NCBI RefSeq assembly: GCF_032191835.1
Contig: NC_083223.1
Span: 51,460,001-51,524,000, forward strand
Direction of reading: 5' to 3'
Origin: Heteronotia binoei
Lineage: Eukaryota
Length of the DNA stretch: 64,000 nt
Shown: positions 25,217-37,949 of the stretch, one piece after another
Layout of the letters: each line of letters starts with the position of its first letter
Position numbering within the stretch: position 1 is the stretch's first letter
Translations under genes and position numbers: made by a program
Notes under the pieces: model-generated
Told to the model about the DNA's origin: nothing
Databases searched by the model: none
What the model saw: only the letters and a program-made list of their open reading frames with translations

Positions 25217-27397
25217 CTAACACCTTATGGAAGATGGCATCTCAGACATACCTCAGTATAATGTTCCATCTTTTGTTGGATTAAAATGAACTAGGAACAT
25301 AGGAGATTTGATGGTTTGTTCCAGTTATCTACATGAAGGCTTAATAGTGTACAAACCTCTGGGCATCATCCCTGTGGGGGCTGCAGAAAGCCATTTGGCT
25401 TTGGATACCCACCTCTGGGTACTGATATCCCCTCTGAAATTCTTCAGTAACTGCAATACATGAAATGTTGTGTACATCCTAATATGTGTTGAATGTTCCA
25501 AAATGTATGTGGGCAGTACCATGCACCTGATTAAGGCCCAGGTGTTAGAATATCATTCTTGTATGAAGAACAAATTCTCAGAAGTGCCCCTTGTGTTCCA
25601 CTATATGGAGACTCAACACTCTGTTGATGACATGAAATTTTTAGTGATTTTTAAATATAGGAGTGGTACAGGTGTTAATTCTGACATTCCATGAAGAAGG
25701 TGTCTGAAATGAACCAATAAGCTAGCCAGCCCCGTTGAGACAGTCCTGAGATGTCTGTCTACTGATTACATATTGACTTTTTTGGAAATTCTTGGACTAT
25801 ACTGGCTTTTTGCACACACACTTTATTGTATTGTATTGCAACATGTTAAGAGAAAAAGCAATGTTGTAAAGAACTTTGTTGTAGATATTGGAGTTGAACT
25901 TTAATGAATTCTTTATAAGTTTGATACAATTTTTCATATCAGTAATTTGTCCATGATTTTTATGAGGTGGCTGCTGTTCAATAGTAGCAAGAAGGCCTGG
26001 GTGAGTCATGGAAGTTGTGCAGTAGCAATTTGCCTGGTGGTTGCTGCTGGGCCTAGCCTCAGTAACCCTTCTTCAACAGCCAAAATAGCCCTGGAAAGGT
26101 TCCTGCCACCAATGCTGTTTTCTGACCCAAACCAAGGTTTGACAATACTGTTGCAGTTGCCTAGCAGTGGTCACTGGAGACACTCATTTCTTAAAGCTAC
26201 AGGTGCTCCTTTTATAATTGTGGGTTTAAAAAAAAACACATGCATTTTTATTGTTAAGATTTTAGATTTTTCAGCAAACCCAGACCTTTTTCATGTTTGT
26301 AGGAAGAATGATCTCATTTGCCCCTTGCCACAATCATTGGAGCCACATTGAGAATTAGATATATTGACAAATAGGGACCTAGAAGGAACAAGTGGGGCTG
26401 GGGGGCTGCAGCAGAGAGGAAGGGAGACTAGAAGTTATGTGTGGGGGAAGTGTGTCCAGCAGGAGCAGCCATAGAGGGCCACCTGGCTTTGGCAGAGGCT
26501 CCAGCAATTATGATGAGGCAGGCCTGGGAGCAAGAGTGCTGGGAACCATAGTGGCCCCAGTAGCAGCCATAAAGGGCCTCATGGCTTAACGGTAGAATGG
26601 TCCACTGGCAGTGAGGATGTTGGGAGCTGCAGCTGGCCTGGCTGAGGAGAGTGTGCCAAGAGTGGGCCACAGTGGGACTGTCAGCAGTGACAGCTACAGA
26701 GGGCTGCCTGGCTAGGCTTCCCAACCCTCCCGCCCTGGCGGGAGACGCCCGGATTTGCAGGCTCTTCCCCCGCCCGCCGAAAAAACGGAAGTGGGGGGAG
26801 GGGAGGGGGGAACGGCGCCAAGGAGCCCATCTCAGAGGAGCAGCAGCTGAAGGCAAGAAGAGGCAGAAGCAGCGCAAGGACCCGGACTCGCGGCAGCTAA
26901 TATTGGATTTGCCAAACAGCCCTACTGCAGGACTGTTACTTCAGAAACCAAAAGCTGGCAAGACTAGCAAGTATGTCCTGTGGCCTGAACGGTGGCTGGA
27001 GGACCATTTCCAAATCAAAGCCCGAGAGTCGCGATGCGAAAGGAGGCGGGAACCAAAGAGCCCAGAACCTTCGTGCTGGCGGAGGGGGGACGGTGTTGAA
27101 AGTGGGACCGCAGCTTGCCCTTATGCTCCAGCAGCGGCGTTGTGCAACGCCGTATCTTTTCCGGGCGGGCGCCGCTCTGCAGGCCTCCGACTCCGGGCGC
27201 CATCAGCTACCAGCTGCATTTGGCACTGCCGGACGAAGCCCGCTCGCCGCCGGCCCCGCTGCTCCTCAACTTCGGCTCCCTCTGGATGGGCTTCATTGGC
27301 TGGGCGTCCGCCTTGACCCACAACGGCATGCTGCTCAGGCCCATCCTGGCCACGGGTGGGTGGGTGCCCGCAGGACTCCCAGGCTGGGGAGGGGGAC

Positions 27398-27552
27398 CAG
27401 TGTTACCTCTAAGCTGTATAGTCCTGTGAACAAACATTCTACGTTGGCATTCAAGTTGGGAGCTCCTGCATCAACGAGTGTGCTCTGGGGTCGTCCTCCC
27501 TGAGCTAAGGCAAAAAGGTGTGAGCTGGAGGCTCAGCTTAGAGGGCGCGGGG
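27398..27552. mobile_element. Small MITE nested in the hAT cargo; copy at 42478-42632
   Basis: Inverted ends CAGTGTTACCTCTAAGCTG / CAGCTTAGAGGGC. No clear TSD. Confidence 0.6.
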
Positions 27553-27632
27553 CTTGTGGCATTCGCTGCCTGGAGTTGGAGGAAGCCTCCGCCCCGGACT
27601 GGGAGGGAGGGGGGGAAGGCTGGTTTCCAAGC

Positions 27633-27947
27633 GGCTTGTTGTTGTCTTATGGGACTCACTGCCACAAGGACTAGGAACCATTAACCCCCAGATTTGGGGA
27701 AGGCTGAGCTTAAGGGGCTTGTTGTCTTATGGGACTCACTGCTACAAGGACTGGGAACCATTAACCCCCAGATTTGGGGTGGGGGGAAGGCTGAGCTTAA
27801 GGGGCTTGTTGTCTTATGGGACTCACTGCTACAAGTAGTGGGAACCATTAACCCCCAGATTTGGGGCGGGGGGAAGGCTGAGCCTAAGAGGCTTGTTGCT
27901 TTATGGGACTCACTACCACAAGGAGTGGGAATCATTAACCCCAGTCC
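27633..27947 (+). repeat. Minisatellite of ~4 x 80-87 bp inside the hAT element; copy at 42713-43027
   Basis: Unit GGCTTGTTGTCTTATGGGACTCACTGCTACAAGGACTGGGAACCATTAACCCCCAGATTTGGGG..GAAGGCTGAGCTTAAG. Confidence 0.95.
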
Positions 27948-28361
27948 CCAGTTGGGAATGAGCAGGCCTTGAATTCAGCAGGAGCTCACACGAGCACAGC
28001 TCTTGAACCTGACAGCTCCCCTCCTCCCCACCTGCTTTGTCCATTGCATAGTAAGTGCAGCTGCATAACAATCCCTGGATTAGGAGAGCTGGCACCCAGC
28101 CAGCCAAATTGAATGTGATGGCCAGAACTCCCTTTGGAGTTCAATTACGCTTGCCACAGCCTTGATCTTGGCTCCACCCCCATATCTCCTGGCTCCACCC
28201 CCAAAGTCTCCTGGCTCCACCCCCAAAGTCCCCAGATATTTCTTGAATTGGACTTGGCAACCCTATGCCTGGCTTTGGCGGTGGCTCTAGCAAAGTCAGG
28301 AAGGAGGTAGGCCATGCTGTGGCTAGGATGCTGGAAGTCACGGCAGGCCTGGAAGCAGCAG

Positions 28362-28508
28362 CAGGGCTTTTTTTTTTTTTTGTAGCATATTAGGCCACAC
28401 AATCTTTAGTACAGGGCCTACTTTAAGCTCCAGGAGGATTGGCTGCATCAGGGGTGTGTGGCCTAATATGCAAAGGAGTTCCTGCTGCTGCAAAAAGAAA
28501 AAGCCTTG
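28362..28508. mobile_element. CAGGGCTTTT-family hAT MITE; copy at 43442-43588
   Basis: TIRs CAGGGCTTTTT / AAAAAGCCTTG and 8-bp TSD AGCAGCAG. Confidence 0.88.
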
Positions 28509-28802
28509 AGCAGCAGCATCCATGAAGGGACCTCTGATTCCACTGTCACTGCAGCTGGCCCCACAGGATCTGCCAGACTGGAGGTTCCTTTGCCCTGTCA
28601 CCAGCTCCCTTGGCAAAGAGGGGGAGGCAGCCTGGGTTCTGGCAGCACATGACTTGCCACTGAGAGCTTCCCCAAATGCAGCAATGAAAAGGAGGGGGGG
28701 TCTGAGTCATGTGTCAACAGAGGAGGTAGGTGTGTTGTTTTGAGTTTACCCATATAACACTCTTGAAATTGAGTGAAGGAATTATATTAGTACACACCTA
28801 AG

Positions 28803-28947
28803 GAGGGCTTTTTTGTAGCAGGAACTCCTTTGTCTATTAGGTCACACCAGCCTGATGTAGCCAATTCTCCAAGAGCTTACATGGCTCTTCTTACAGGGCC
28901 TGCTTAAGCTCCAGGAGGATTGGCTACATTGGGGTGTGTGGCCTAAT
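28803..28947. mobile_element. Truncated CAGGGCTTTT-family MITE; copy at 43883-44027
   Basis: AGGGCTTTTTTGTAGCAGGAACTCCTTTG..GGATTGGCTACATTGGGGTGTGTGGCCTAAT. The right TIR is missing. Confidence 0.8.
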
Positions 28948-29001
28948 GATGTATTTTTTCAGTGTTTTCAGATTTGATAAAAGAATCAATTTGAACAGTG
29001 A

Positions 29002-29032
<31 letters not shown>

Positions 29033-32000
29033 CACATGTTCAAGAACATTCACACATTCTCCCAAAATTTGTCTCTCACTTTTTAAATATATCGGTGGCT
29101 GAGGAGGTACTCAAATGCCACAGTTAAACTAAAAAGTGTATTGACTCATAATACATGTAAAAAGATTTTTCTCTTCCATTTGTTTTATGCTTTCAGGGAA
29201 AGCTGGCAGGAATAATTATAGTTATACATTCAGTGGAAGAAGATTAACATGTTGGAGGTCAGAAGTATTTGTGAAATGTTTCATTTAAGTGTATCGGGTT
29301 AAATGAAGAATGTGACATCGCTGGTGCAATTTCTCCTGAAAGGTATTTTTTTTAAAAAAAAAAACACCTTAATTTCCACTCTGTCATACTGAAGGTTTGT
29401 CACAACATTACATGCTTGTGAAAATAACTTGTTCATGATTTTATGTTTTTTAACATTTTAACATGTGAGACAAGAAAAGTCAGAAACAGAAGGGTATTCA
29501 GATCTTTCACCACCAGCTGGATTCTGCTCCAATCTACCCCCTCCCACCACCAGCTGCTTTCGTCTCAGGTTTGCCAGCCCCCCTGCCAGCTCCCATTGCC
29601 TGATGCTGCTTGGAGCAGTAGTGGGATTAAAAAAAAATCAGTGGTTTTCAGGCCAACAGCATGACATCACTTCCAGGGAAAACCCAGACATGACATCAGT
29701 CCTTTATGGGAATGCTGGAAACTCTATGGGTGTGATCACACCAGAGATTTAGTCCAGTGGTATCCCGGCTCTGAAATTCCATAGCCTGGCATTCACAAAG
29801 CCCCCCACCCTTCTGCTGGGAGCGGCATGGGCTGCATATGCACAAGATGAGCATTCAGACTGCTCATGCACATGCTGGGCAGGTGCAAGTTGCAAGGTGC
29901 AAGGCGGGTGCAGTGAGTGCCTTCAGACAGCCAGGAAATGCACCCTACATATAGTTTAGAGGTTTGCTACCAGGGAGTTCCCAGTAGCTATTTAACTTAT
30001 CAGACAAAGTATCCATTTCTACTATATCCAAAATCATTGCTAACAAATCATCTAATGTCGGCAATTCTCTTTTTTCCCCAATGTTTTGCCAGTAATATTC
30101 TTGCGGCAGTTATTACATTCAATGTTACATGTTCAAATTATTTCCCCAGCTTATCAGATGGCAAATTTAATAGAAATAATTCTGGTTTGAAAGGAAAAAG
30201 CAACTCCTTCTCTCAAACACACACCAATAAGACAATTAAAAACAAGATACATACAAGACACAGAAACAGCAATTAAAATACTTTTTAGGAAGGAGGAATC
30301 ATTGAGGGAATGCCAAATGAAACAAAAAAAAAATAGTTACCTGATGCAGGAGATGGCAAGAGAAACCAGCAGTTTCTTGTAAATGTTAAAGAGCACGGGA
30401 CAAAATGGAACCTTATGGCACCTCAAAGGCCAAAGTGCTAAACAGCAGCTGCCTAGCACTATCCTCTGAATCCTACCCTCCTAGTAGGACCAGAATGACT
30501 GCAGACTGCTTCCCAATCCCAACCCAGATAAGGCAGTCCAGAAGGACACCATGATTGATGGTATCAGACATGGCCGAGGGGTCCAGGAGAATCAATAGAG
30601 TCACACTCTGTCTTTCCGTCTCCCTGTGCAAATCATCCACAAGGGCCACCAAGCCTGTTACAGTCCCATAACCAGGCCTAAACCCAGATGGGAAGGGATC
30701 TAAACAATTTATCTCGTCCAAGAAAGCTTGTAGTTGCCCTGCCACCACGCAGTCACCTTGCTCAAGAATGAAATACCTGAGACTAGTCAATAATTACTGA
30801 GATATCCCAGCATGTGTTTGAAACTCCTCAGAATATGAAAGGAACAACTTGGAGTGAGAATGTATGGAGCAAAGCATTACAGAGTGTGGCAGGGGTTCAT
30901 CCAATGGTTTTCTTCCCTTTTGAAGGCTTGATTCCAACATACACCCCCCCCCCCCCCCGCTGAGCATCACTTTACTGTATAAATGTGGGGTGTGCAGCAA
31001 AAAAATGATATTTTTCAGATCTGGCTACATTGGAGCAAAAAACCAAAATCAGTATTTCCAGTTTCCCAGATATACCTTACCAATATTTGGATCTGAGTGT
31101 TTTTTTAGTTTCTCGTTTTTAGTTAAGCAGCCAACCCTGATGAGATCAGGCTAGTCTGGGCTATGCAGATCAGTTTATGCATGAGATAGTGGTGAGCATA
31201 CAGCACCAGTTAATCAAAGGGGAAAAAACCCAACCTTTCATGCACATGCAGTTTAATAGTAATAATTTTTACATTAGATCTAAGCCTTGATAATAGCATT
31301 GACTGCTTCTCTGGTGACAAAAAAAAATGGTTGCCATTAGCATGACAGGAAGTGGGTGCATTCTGGGAAGGTTTTGTGCACTATTCAACCAAATGCCCGA
31401 TCTTGCATGAAGCAGGGGAAAGCCCCCTCTGCCCTTCCTTTGTCTTTCTTAAGTGGGGCTAATGGGAAAATTGAGATGCTAATTTCATTAGTACATGCTC
31501 AAATGAAGTTGACAGAAAGTCGGTTCTAAGGTTTGCTTTTTTAAACTGTGGAACAACTTCAACCTGACGACAGATTTAAAAAAAAAAAAAAACTCATTGA
31601 AATACAATAATAAAGAAAGCCTTGCAGTGTAATCCTGTACAGAGTTACTCTAGACTGAACCCATAGGAGTGCACTGTGAGACAGCAGCACATTTACCTGG
31701 GAGTAACCATATTAAATAAAATGGGACATGTCTGAGTAAACATGTGTAGGACTAGGCTATTAGTCTACGAGGTGGTGGGGGATGTGTGTGTACTCTTTTA
31801 TTACATGCCAATTTAAAGTGAAAGATCAAAGTGCATAAGTGGCAAATACCTAGCTTGATCTTCTGTGGAAGGCTGACCAGCTTTCTGCTTTCAAGTAAAC
31901 TAGTAAAGAAGATATAACAGTCATGAACATATGAACATATGAAGCTGCCTTATACTGAACCAGACTTTTGGTCCATCAAAGTCAGTATTGTCTTCTCAGA

Positions 32001-35000
32001 CTGGCAGCGGCTCTCCAGGGTCTCAAGCTGAGGTTTTTCACACCTATTTGCCTGGACCCTTTTTTGGAGATGCCAGGGGTTGAACCTGGGACCTTCTGCT
32101 TCCCAAGCAGATGCTCTACCACTGAGCCACTGTCCCTTGACATGGATTGCATTATGGACACACAAAGTATTCTTGTTTATTTCAAAAAGATATTTATATC
32201 CCACCCTTCCTCACTGCCCAAGACAGATCACAAATCATGATTTAAAAGCACGCAGAATAAAATAGCAGTCTAATCTCCATTAAAAGCCCTGGCAAGTAAC
32301 ATGGTTCTGCAGCACCTGCTAGACATTTCTAATGATTGTGGGGGGGGGGGCATCTTCTCAGGGAGGCCATTCCACAATGTGGGATCTATAGTAGAAAACC
32401 TGGTTGATTTGAGGTAGGTTACTCTAAATGGAGGAACAACCAGCAGGTGGCAGTCTAGAGAACACAATGGGCACACAGGGGCATATAAGAAGAGATGTAG
32501 GTCCAAGAACATGAAGGTAGGTCCAAGAACATGAAGGACTTTATGGGTCATAATCAACACCTTAAAATGAATTAAGAAACAAGCTGGCAACCAGTATAGC
32601 TCCTTAAAGGCAGGCAGGATAAGTTTGTGTTGCCTAATAATAATCAGACTAAAGATTCTGAATCAGCTGCATTTTCAGGGTTGTCTTTAAGGGTAGAGTG
32701 CTCTGTAGTAATCCAACTGTGAGGTAGCAAAAGCATGGATCAGCAAGACTGAGCCCATGAGCACCTCCAGTCTCTTAACGTGCTCTGCAAGTGCCGACTG
32801 CACTCAATCCACTACCTGCGGTTCCAGTCCTTCTCAAATCAGCCTTCCTGACCAGCAGTTCTTGTCTGCATTCAGTTCTATAGGGAAAAAAGGATGTTGC
32901 ATCACTTTGTCCTACCGTTAAGCAACATAGCTCAGTTCTAGACTACATGATGGGATAGTCATTGCCACACCAGGCATCCTTTCAGTGACCTCCTTTTCAT
33001 GAGGAAATCAGTGGAATGCAGATCTGTTCAAGACGTAGAGGAAAAAGAGATCATAGCTTTGGCATAGAATGAGACCAAATATAGCTACTGGGGACTTAAA
33101 TAGAAGTAAAGCATGCTTAACTGTAGAAATATAGATTTGCTGGAAATGAGTAAACTTTTCTGCTGGTGGAAAAGAGAGGAAGACCACCCAGAAAAGTTGT
33201 GCTGGGGACCATGGGATTAGCATGTACAAAAGCTGTATTGGATGAGGGCTGTAGTTAGCAGTAAAATTGGGTAAGACTATGTGAAAAAGGTGGCTGGATC
33301 GATCTCAATAATTAATTTCCATTTTAGTTACTGCCCCCTCCTGACATCCCCATTGACTTGCACACATTCTTTAGGTTTCTCCAGTGAAATTCACAGAGTA
33401 GGTTTGGGGATATGAATTTCTTTTCCCAAAATTCACTTCTTGAGATATATCCATTGATTCCTCTTATTCTGCTTTTTCTTTTTTAAAGAGGGATTTCTTT
33501 TTCATTTCTCTTTGATTTCTCTTCATAGATAAATCCATGAACCCTCTGGAATTTCATGCCTCGCAGTTATTTTAAGTTACACTTGACAGAGTGGTACTAA
33601 TTAATAATTCTTATCATATGGCAGGGTGTGTAGAATAGCCAGGAGATCCTAAGATTGTCTGGCAGCCAGAAGTTCTAACTCTTTTAGCATTATGCCCCAC
33701 TAGATGGCAAGCTAGACTTGTTTTTAAAGGCAAAAGATATTTCATTGCCTGCTTCTGTGTCATGCCGCTGGCATTCCTTAGAGGTCACCCATCTAAATAC
33801 TAGCCAGGGCCAACCCTGCTTAGCATCAAATATCAGATGAGATTGGGCTAGCCTTGTACTGTTATCAGATTTAGGGAGACACGGCCTTAATTTGAGCACC
33901 TACAGAGTGAAATTCTGAAATTTTACAGAACTGCCCTTTCTGCCTCTTCTCTCTTCAAATTTCTCTTTGATGAAAATGCAATTGATTTGAAACAGAATCT
34001 AAATTCCTTAACAAAGGAAAAGAAATGGATTGTTGGATTTAGGGAACAATTGAGTAAAGATGAAAAATTAATGGATGTGGAAAACACATACTTCTGGGTA
34101 GGCATATGAAGAACTACATTCAGAAATTCCCACTTTTTCATGGTTTCTTCCTCTTCATTATTCAGTAGTGACCTTGAGTGACTTAATCCACTCTTTAAGC
34201 AAATCAAACTTAAATTGGATGATGTCCAAGTTCTTTAGTAGTATTTATCATAGTATTTGTTTTAATTTGGAGAGAGAGCCAACTTCAGTTTCTTATCCAA
34301 ACAACCAATAAAACAAATTCACTTTTTCTCATTATTACAAGTCATCACCAAATGCAATGCACTGGACATTTTAGGTATATCAGTGAATGTATTAGGAAAG
34401 AGAAGACGAAAAATAGCAAGGGTAAGAGGAGGAGAGGCGACCATAAATATCAGATATTCACAGTGACCTATGTTCCCCGTGTTAATAGATCTCAAAGAAC
34501 TTGCACCACCAGTTAATCAAAATATTCACACTACTGCTAGGTGATATACCACAGGAGATTCAGTTCATCTCTAAATTATCATAACAAAAGGGGGCGCCTG
34601 AAAGACCTATCGCTGCCCAGCTCAGATCTTGGCAGACATTATATAAATGGGTAATTACATAAATGGATAATTTGAAATGATCCTTCAGCATTTGAGCAGC
34701 CTGAAGAATACGCCTCTGAATCTCAGAGCCAGGAGGCTACATAAGGGCAGGGCCTCAGCCTCTATGCCTTGTTATTGGATGTCCAGAGGAACTGTTTGAG
34801 ACAGGATGCTGGACTAGATGGACTATTGGTCTGATCCAGCAGGGCTCTTCTTAGGTTCTGTTATTGTCTCTCATCTTTTCCTTGCACCTCCACTCCTTTT
34901 CATCTGTGGGCTGTCTGCCACCTCTCCCTGCCACTAGTCTGCTGGGCAGTGGGAGGCAAAAAGGAGAGGTGATCAAAATTGCTTGGTGCAATGAGATCAC

Positions 35001-37949
35001 TTTTAGCATGACCTGCAAATGATGTCATTGCAATGTACAATGCTCTAGCATTTCAAAACTCTCTGGTTAAATCATAGAGTTTCAGGTGAATGCAAGAGCA
35101 TCATCCCTGGCATGATGACTTCACTCTCAGGTAGTGATGAAATTGACAACATCATGCCTGGGATGATACCAACTATATAAATCCCCACCTCCCCCATCTC
35201 CTCCAGCTTCTAAGTGTGGACTGGCAGTCCTAATGCTTAAGTATATTAAATGGGGCTTACTCCCAGAAAAGTGTTATTGAGATTGCATTGATTTGGTATC
35301 AATGGTTTTAGACTGCATAGGATTGAGTGGGAAGAGTTCTTCTCAATAAATATTGCTTCTCAAACCCTTCCCTTGCCTCTTAATCCAATCTATTCCCAAA
35401 GTAAATTCCTGGGAGTCAAGGCAGTCTTGGAAATCTTTAATGTAGAAGGTGGTTTCCCTGATTCCTTGGTTAGCATGAAACTAAGTCAACCACTGCTGGA
35501 CTAGATGGACTACTGGTCTGATCCAGCATATTCAGTACTCTGTACAATGCAACGCAGCATGTAGAGACAGGTAGTAGAAAGAGATATTTTAGCTGCATAT
35601 TTTTACCTTTTACTAGATGTTAGTCAAAACAATAAAAAGTTAAAGGCTAGGTGCTTTGGGATCAATGGATCCCAGTCATTATATTTAACTGACATCTGTT
35701 CATAATTCATGACTTTAATATTTCATATTAATAATTTATATGCAAACCTGACACCAGCTATAATGTACACGTAAGTTAAGATCGGCTCTCTGTCCTGATT
35801 TAAAGACATTTACAAGCGAAACACTCCTACTCACATCTCAGTCTCACTTGTCAAAATACCTTGAAAAGGTACTTGATGCCTGACATTTTTTCTTACATGA
35901 GTATTGGGGGGGGGGGGGATGTACAAGGATTTATTTTGCCACAACTGTACGTGCTTGGAAGCAAGTTGACTGCGTTCAGACAACATAAACAAGTCACGGC
36001 TTGTGCATGAGTTAAAAAAACCTGAAACCCAATCTCATTCTTTCATCCCCTCCCTGTTATCTTCCATTGCTTGTGGAACTGAGACTGGAGACTTCCTGCT
36101 TTAATAAGCTTGTGATCTAAACAATTTTATGTAATATTTGGGAGCTTTAACAAATTGGGGGGTGTCCCAAAAACTGGGTTAGAATCCCAGTCTGTGGGTA
36201 AGAAACAAAACCTAATATGCTGAAGTACTCAAATTCAGAGATAGCAACAGTGTGGTTAGAATAAAATTTTGCTCTGAATAAAAATAGGTTATATACTAGC
36301 AGGAGCCTTACAAGGACTAGTGCAGAACATAGCATTGTCCCATCCCCAACTACTTCCTTTTCTGTTCCCTGAAAGCCCCCATAGCCTCTTCCATTTTCTG
36401 GCTTCCTTCCCACCCAGCAGCTACCTTACCTTTGTTTGCCACTCTATCTTCATCTTCCTGTTCTTCCCTCTCCCTGGATGGATCACTGTGGGAAAACTCT
36501 AGCTGAGTTGTGTGGCACTAACTGCAAGGCCCGGACACAACTGTATTGAGGGGTAACCGCAAGGACTTGTAGGGGATAACTCACTTTCTTCTGTACATTC
36601 TGGTAGCCACTATATCCTCTCCTCCTTCCCTGCTTCCTTCCCACTCACCCACCAACCTACTCATTTATTCACTTTATTTATTTCTCACTTTAAACCCCAA
36701 TGGGGACCCAAAGTGGCTTACATCATTCTCCTCCTCTTTGTTTTATGCTCGTATCAACTGAGATAGGTTAAGCTGAGAGTGTATAACTGGCCCACAGTTA
36801 GGCAAGGCTACTACATAGGGTTGCCAAGTCCCCCGCAGCCTCCGGCCATACCATACCATGGAGTTTTCCCTCTCAAATTGCTAGAACATCCGGGAAAACC
36901 ATAGAATTTTCCCGGAAGCTCCTAGAGTGACCAGCGCGTGACGTCGACCTGGGAACTTGGCAGCCATACTACTACACCCCGGTCCTATATCCAACTCCCA
37001 CTCACTCAAGGCGAGTCATGAGAAAAACACATCCTGCGATTGAAGCAGCAGGGCAGCATGTTGGCAGAGCTCTGGGGTGGGCTGGCAGTTCACCCCACAC
37101 TTTGACTCCCAGCTTCCTTCTGGCAGGGTTCACAGGAGTCCCTGGCCCACCTTGGAAGCTATCATGGACAGAAGAGACCTTGCAGGGACAGTTGGCAGTT
37201 CCCTCCTGGGTTCAAGTTCCCATTAGCCATAAAGCTCCCAATGTCAGTTTAGGCCCCTGTCAAGCATGTGCCGATCCAGTAGGAGCAGAGAGATTGGGGC
37301 CAGCTGAGGCCTGGAGCAAATAATGGCTTCACTTCTCACCAGGCAAAATGGCTGTGCAGTGTAAAGTGGGTGCTGGGTGAGTGAAGGGAGCCTCTTGGAC
37401 AGGGATCATTTGATTGCAATGCACCCCCTTCTAATTCTAATTAATTTAATTAAATGATTTAATTTGATTTAATTTAAATGCTTTAATTAGCACCTCTGGT
37501 ACGCTGCCCTCAAAAATTCCTGTCTACAAGACTGCCCAGCAAGCTACCTATTTTTGCCTCCATTTTCCACCTATATTTATTATTTCTTTACTTCATTTAT
37601 AACCCCACCTTTCTCCACAATGTGGACTTAGAGCAGTTTACATCCTCCTTCTCTCCTCCATTTCCCCCCTACAATAATCCTGTGAGGTAAGTTAGGTTGA
37701 GAATGTGTGACTAGCTCAAGGTTACTCAGTGAGTTTTCACAATAGAGCAGGGATTTGAACCTTGGTCTCCCAGATCCTAGTCTGAAACTCTATCCACTGT
37801 GTCTTGCTGGTTTTTACAAGGTCAATTAACCAAAAATAAGCCATGAACAAAATTACTGATATAAAAAATTGTATCAGGCTTATAAAGAATCCATTATAGT
37901 TCAAATTCAATATCTATAACAAAGTCCTTCACACACTGATTTTTAAATG

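Larger units (their letters stand above)
22870..25760 (+). mobile_element. Decayed Penelope-like element (RT + GIY-YIG), copy 1
   Basis: Motifs IVIKQADKGGAIV, TPVLYILPKI..PPPGKPIISG, DTSDF, AMGNN.P..ANL, CYIDY, AYLDMTL and YILIC..CSKMYVGST..K (GIY-YIG). Many stops and frameshifts; two nested insertions. Confidence 0.9.
26713..28265. mobile_element. 1,553-bp non-autonomous hAT element carrying ~1.3 kb of cargo, copy 1
   Basis: TIRs TAGGCTTCCC / GGCAACCCTA and exact 8-bp TSD TGCCTGGC (26705-26712, 28266-28273). It shares only ~100 bp at the left and ~155 bp at the right with the 791-bp relative at 44831. Confidence 0.92.
13893..28975 (+). repeat. 15,080-bp tandem duplication, copy 1
   Basis: Sequence and ORF track recur at offset +15080 (locally +15081). 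Starts TTTGATAAAAGAATC and ends GTTTTCAGATTT. Confidence 0.98.

Noticed and set aside
27633-27947. CRISPR-like array
   Set aside because: The units are contiguous near-identical tandem repeats with no unique spacers, in vertebrate DNA. It is a minisatellite.
28803-28975. Truncated MITE as the cause of the duplication breakpoint
   Set aside because: The same truncation is present in copy 2 followed by unique flank, and no MITE lies at 13893, so the truncation predates and does not explain the junction.
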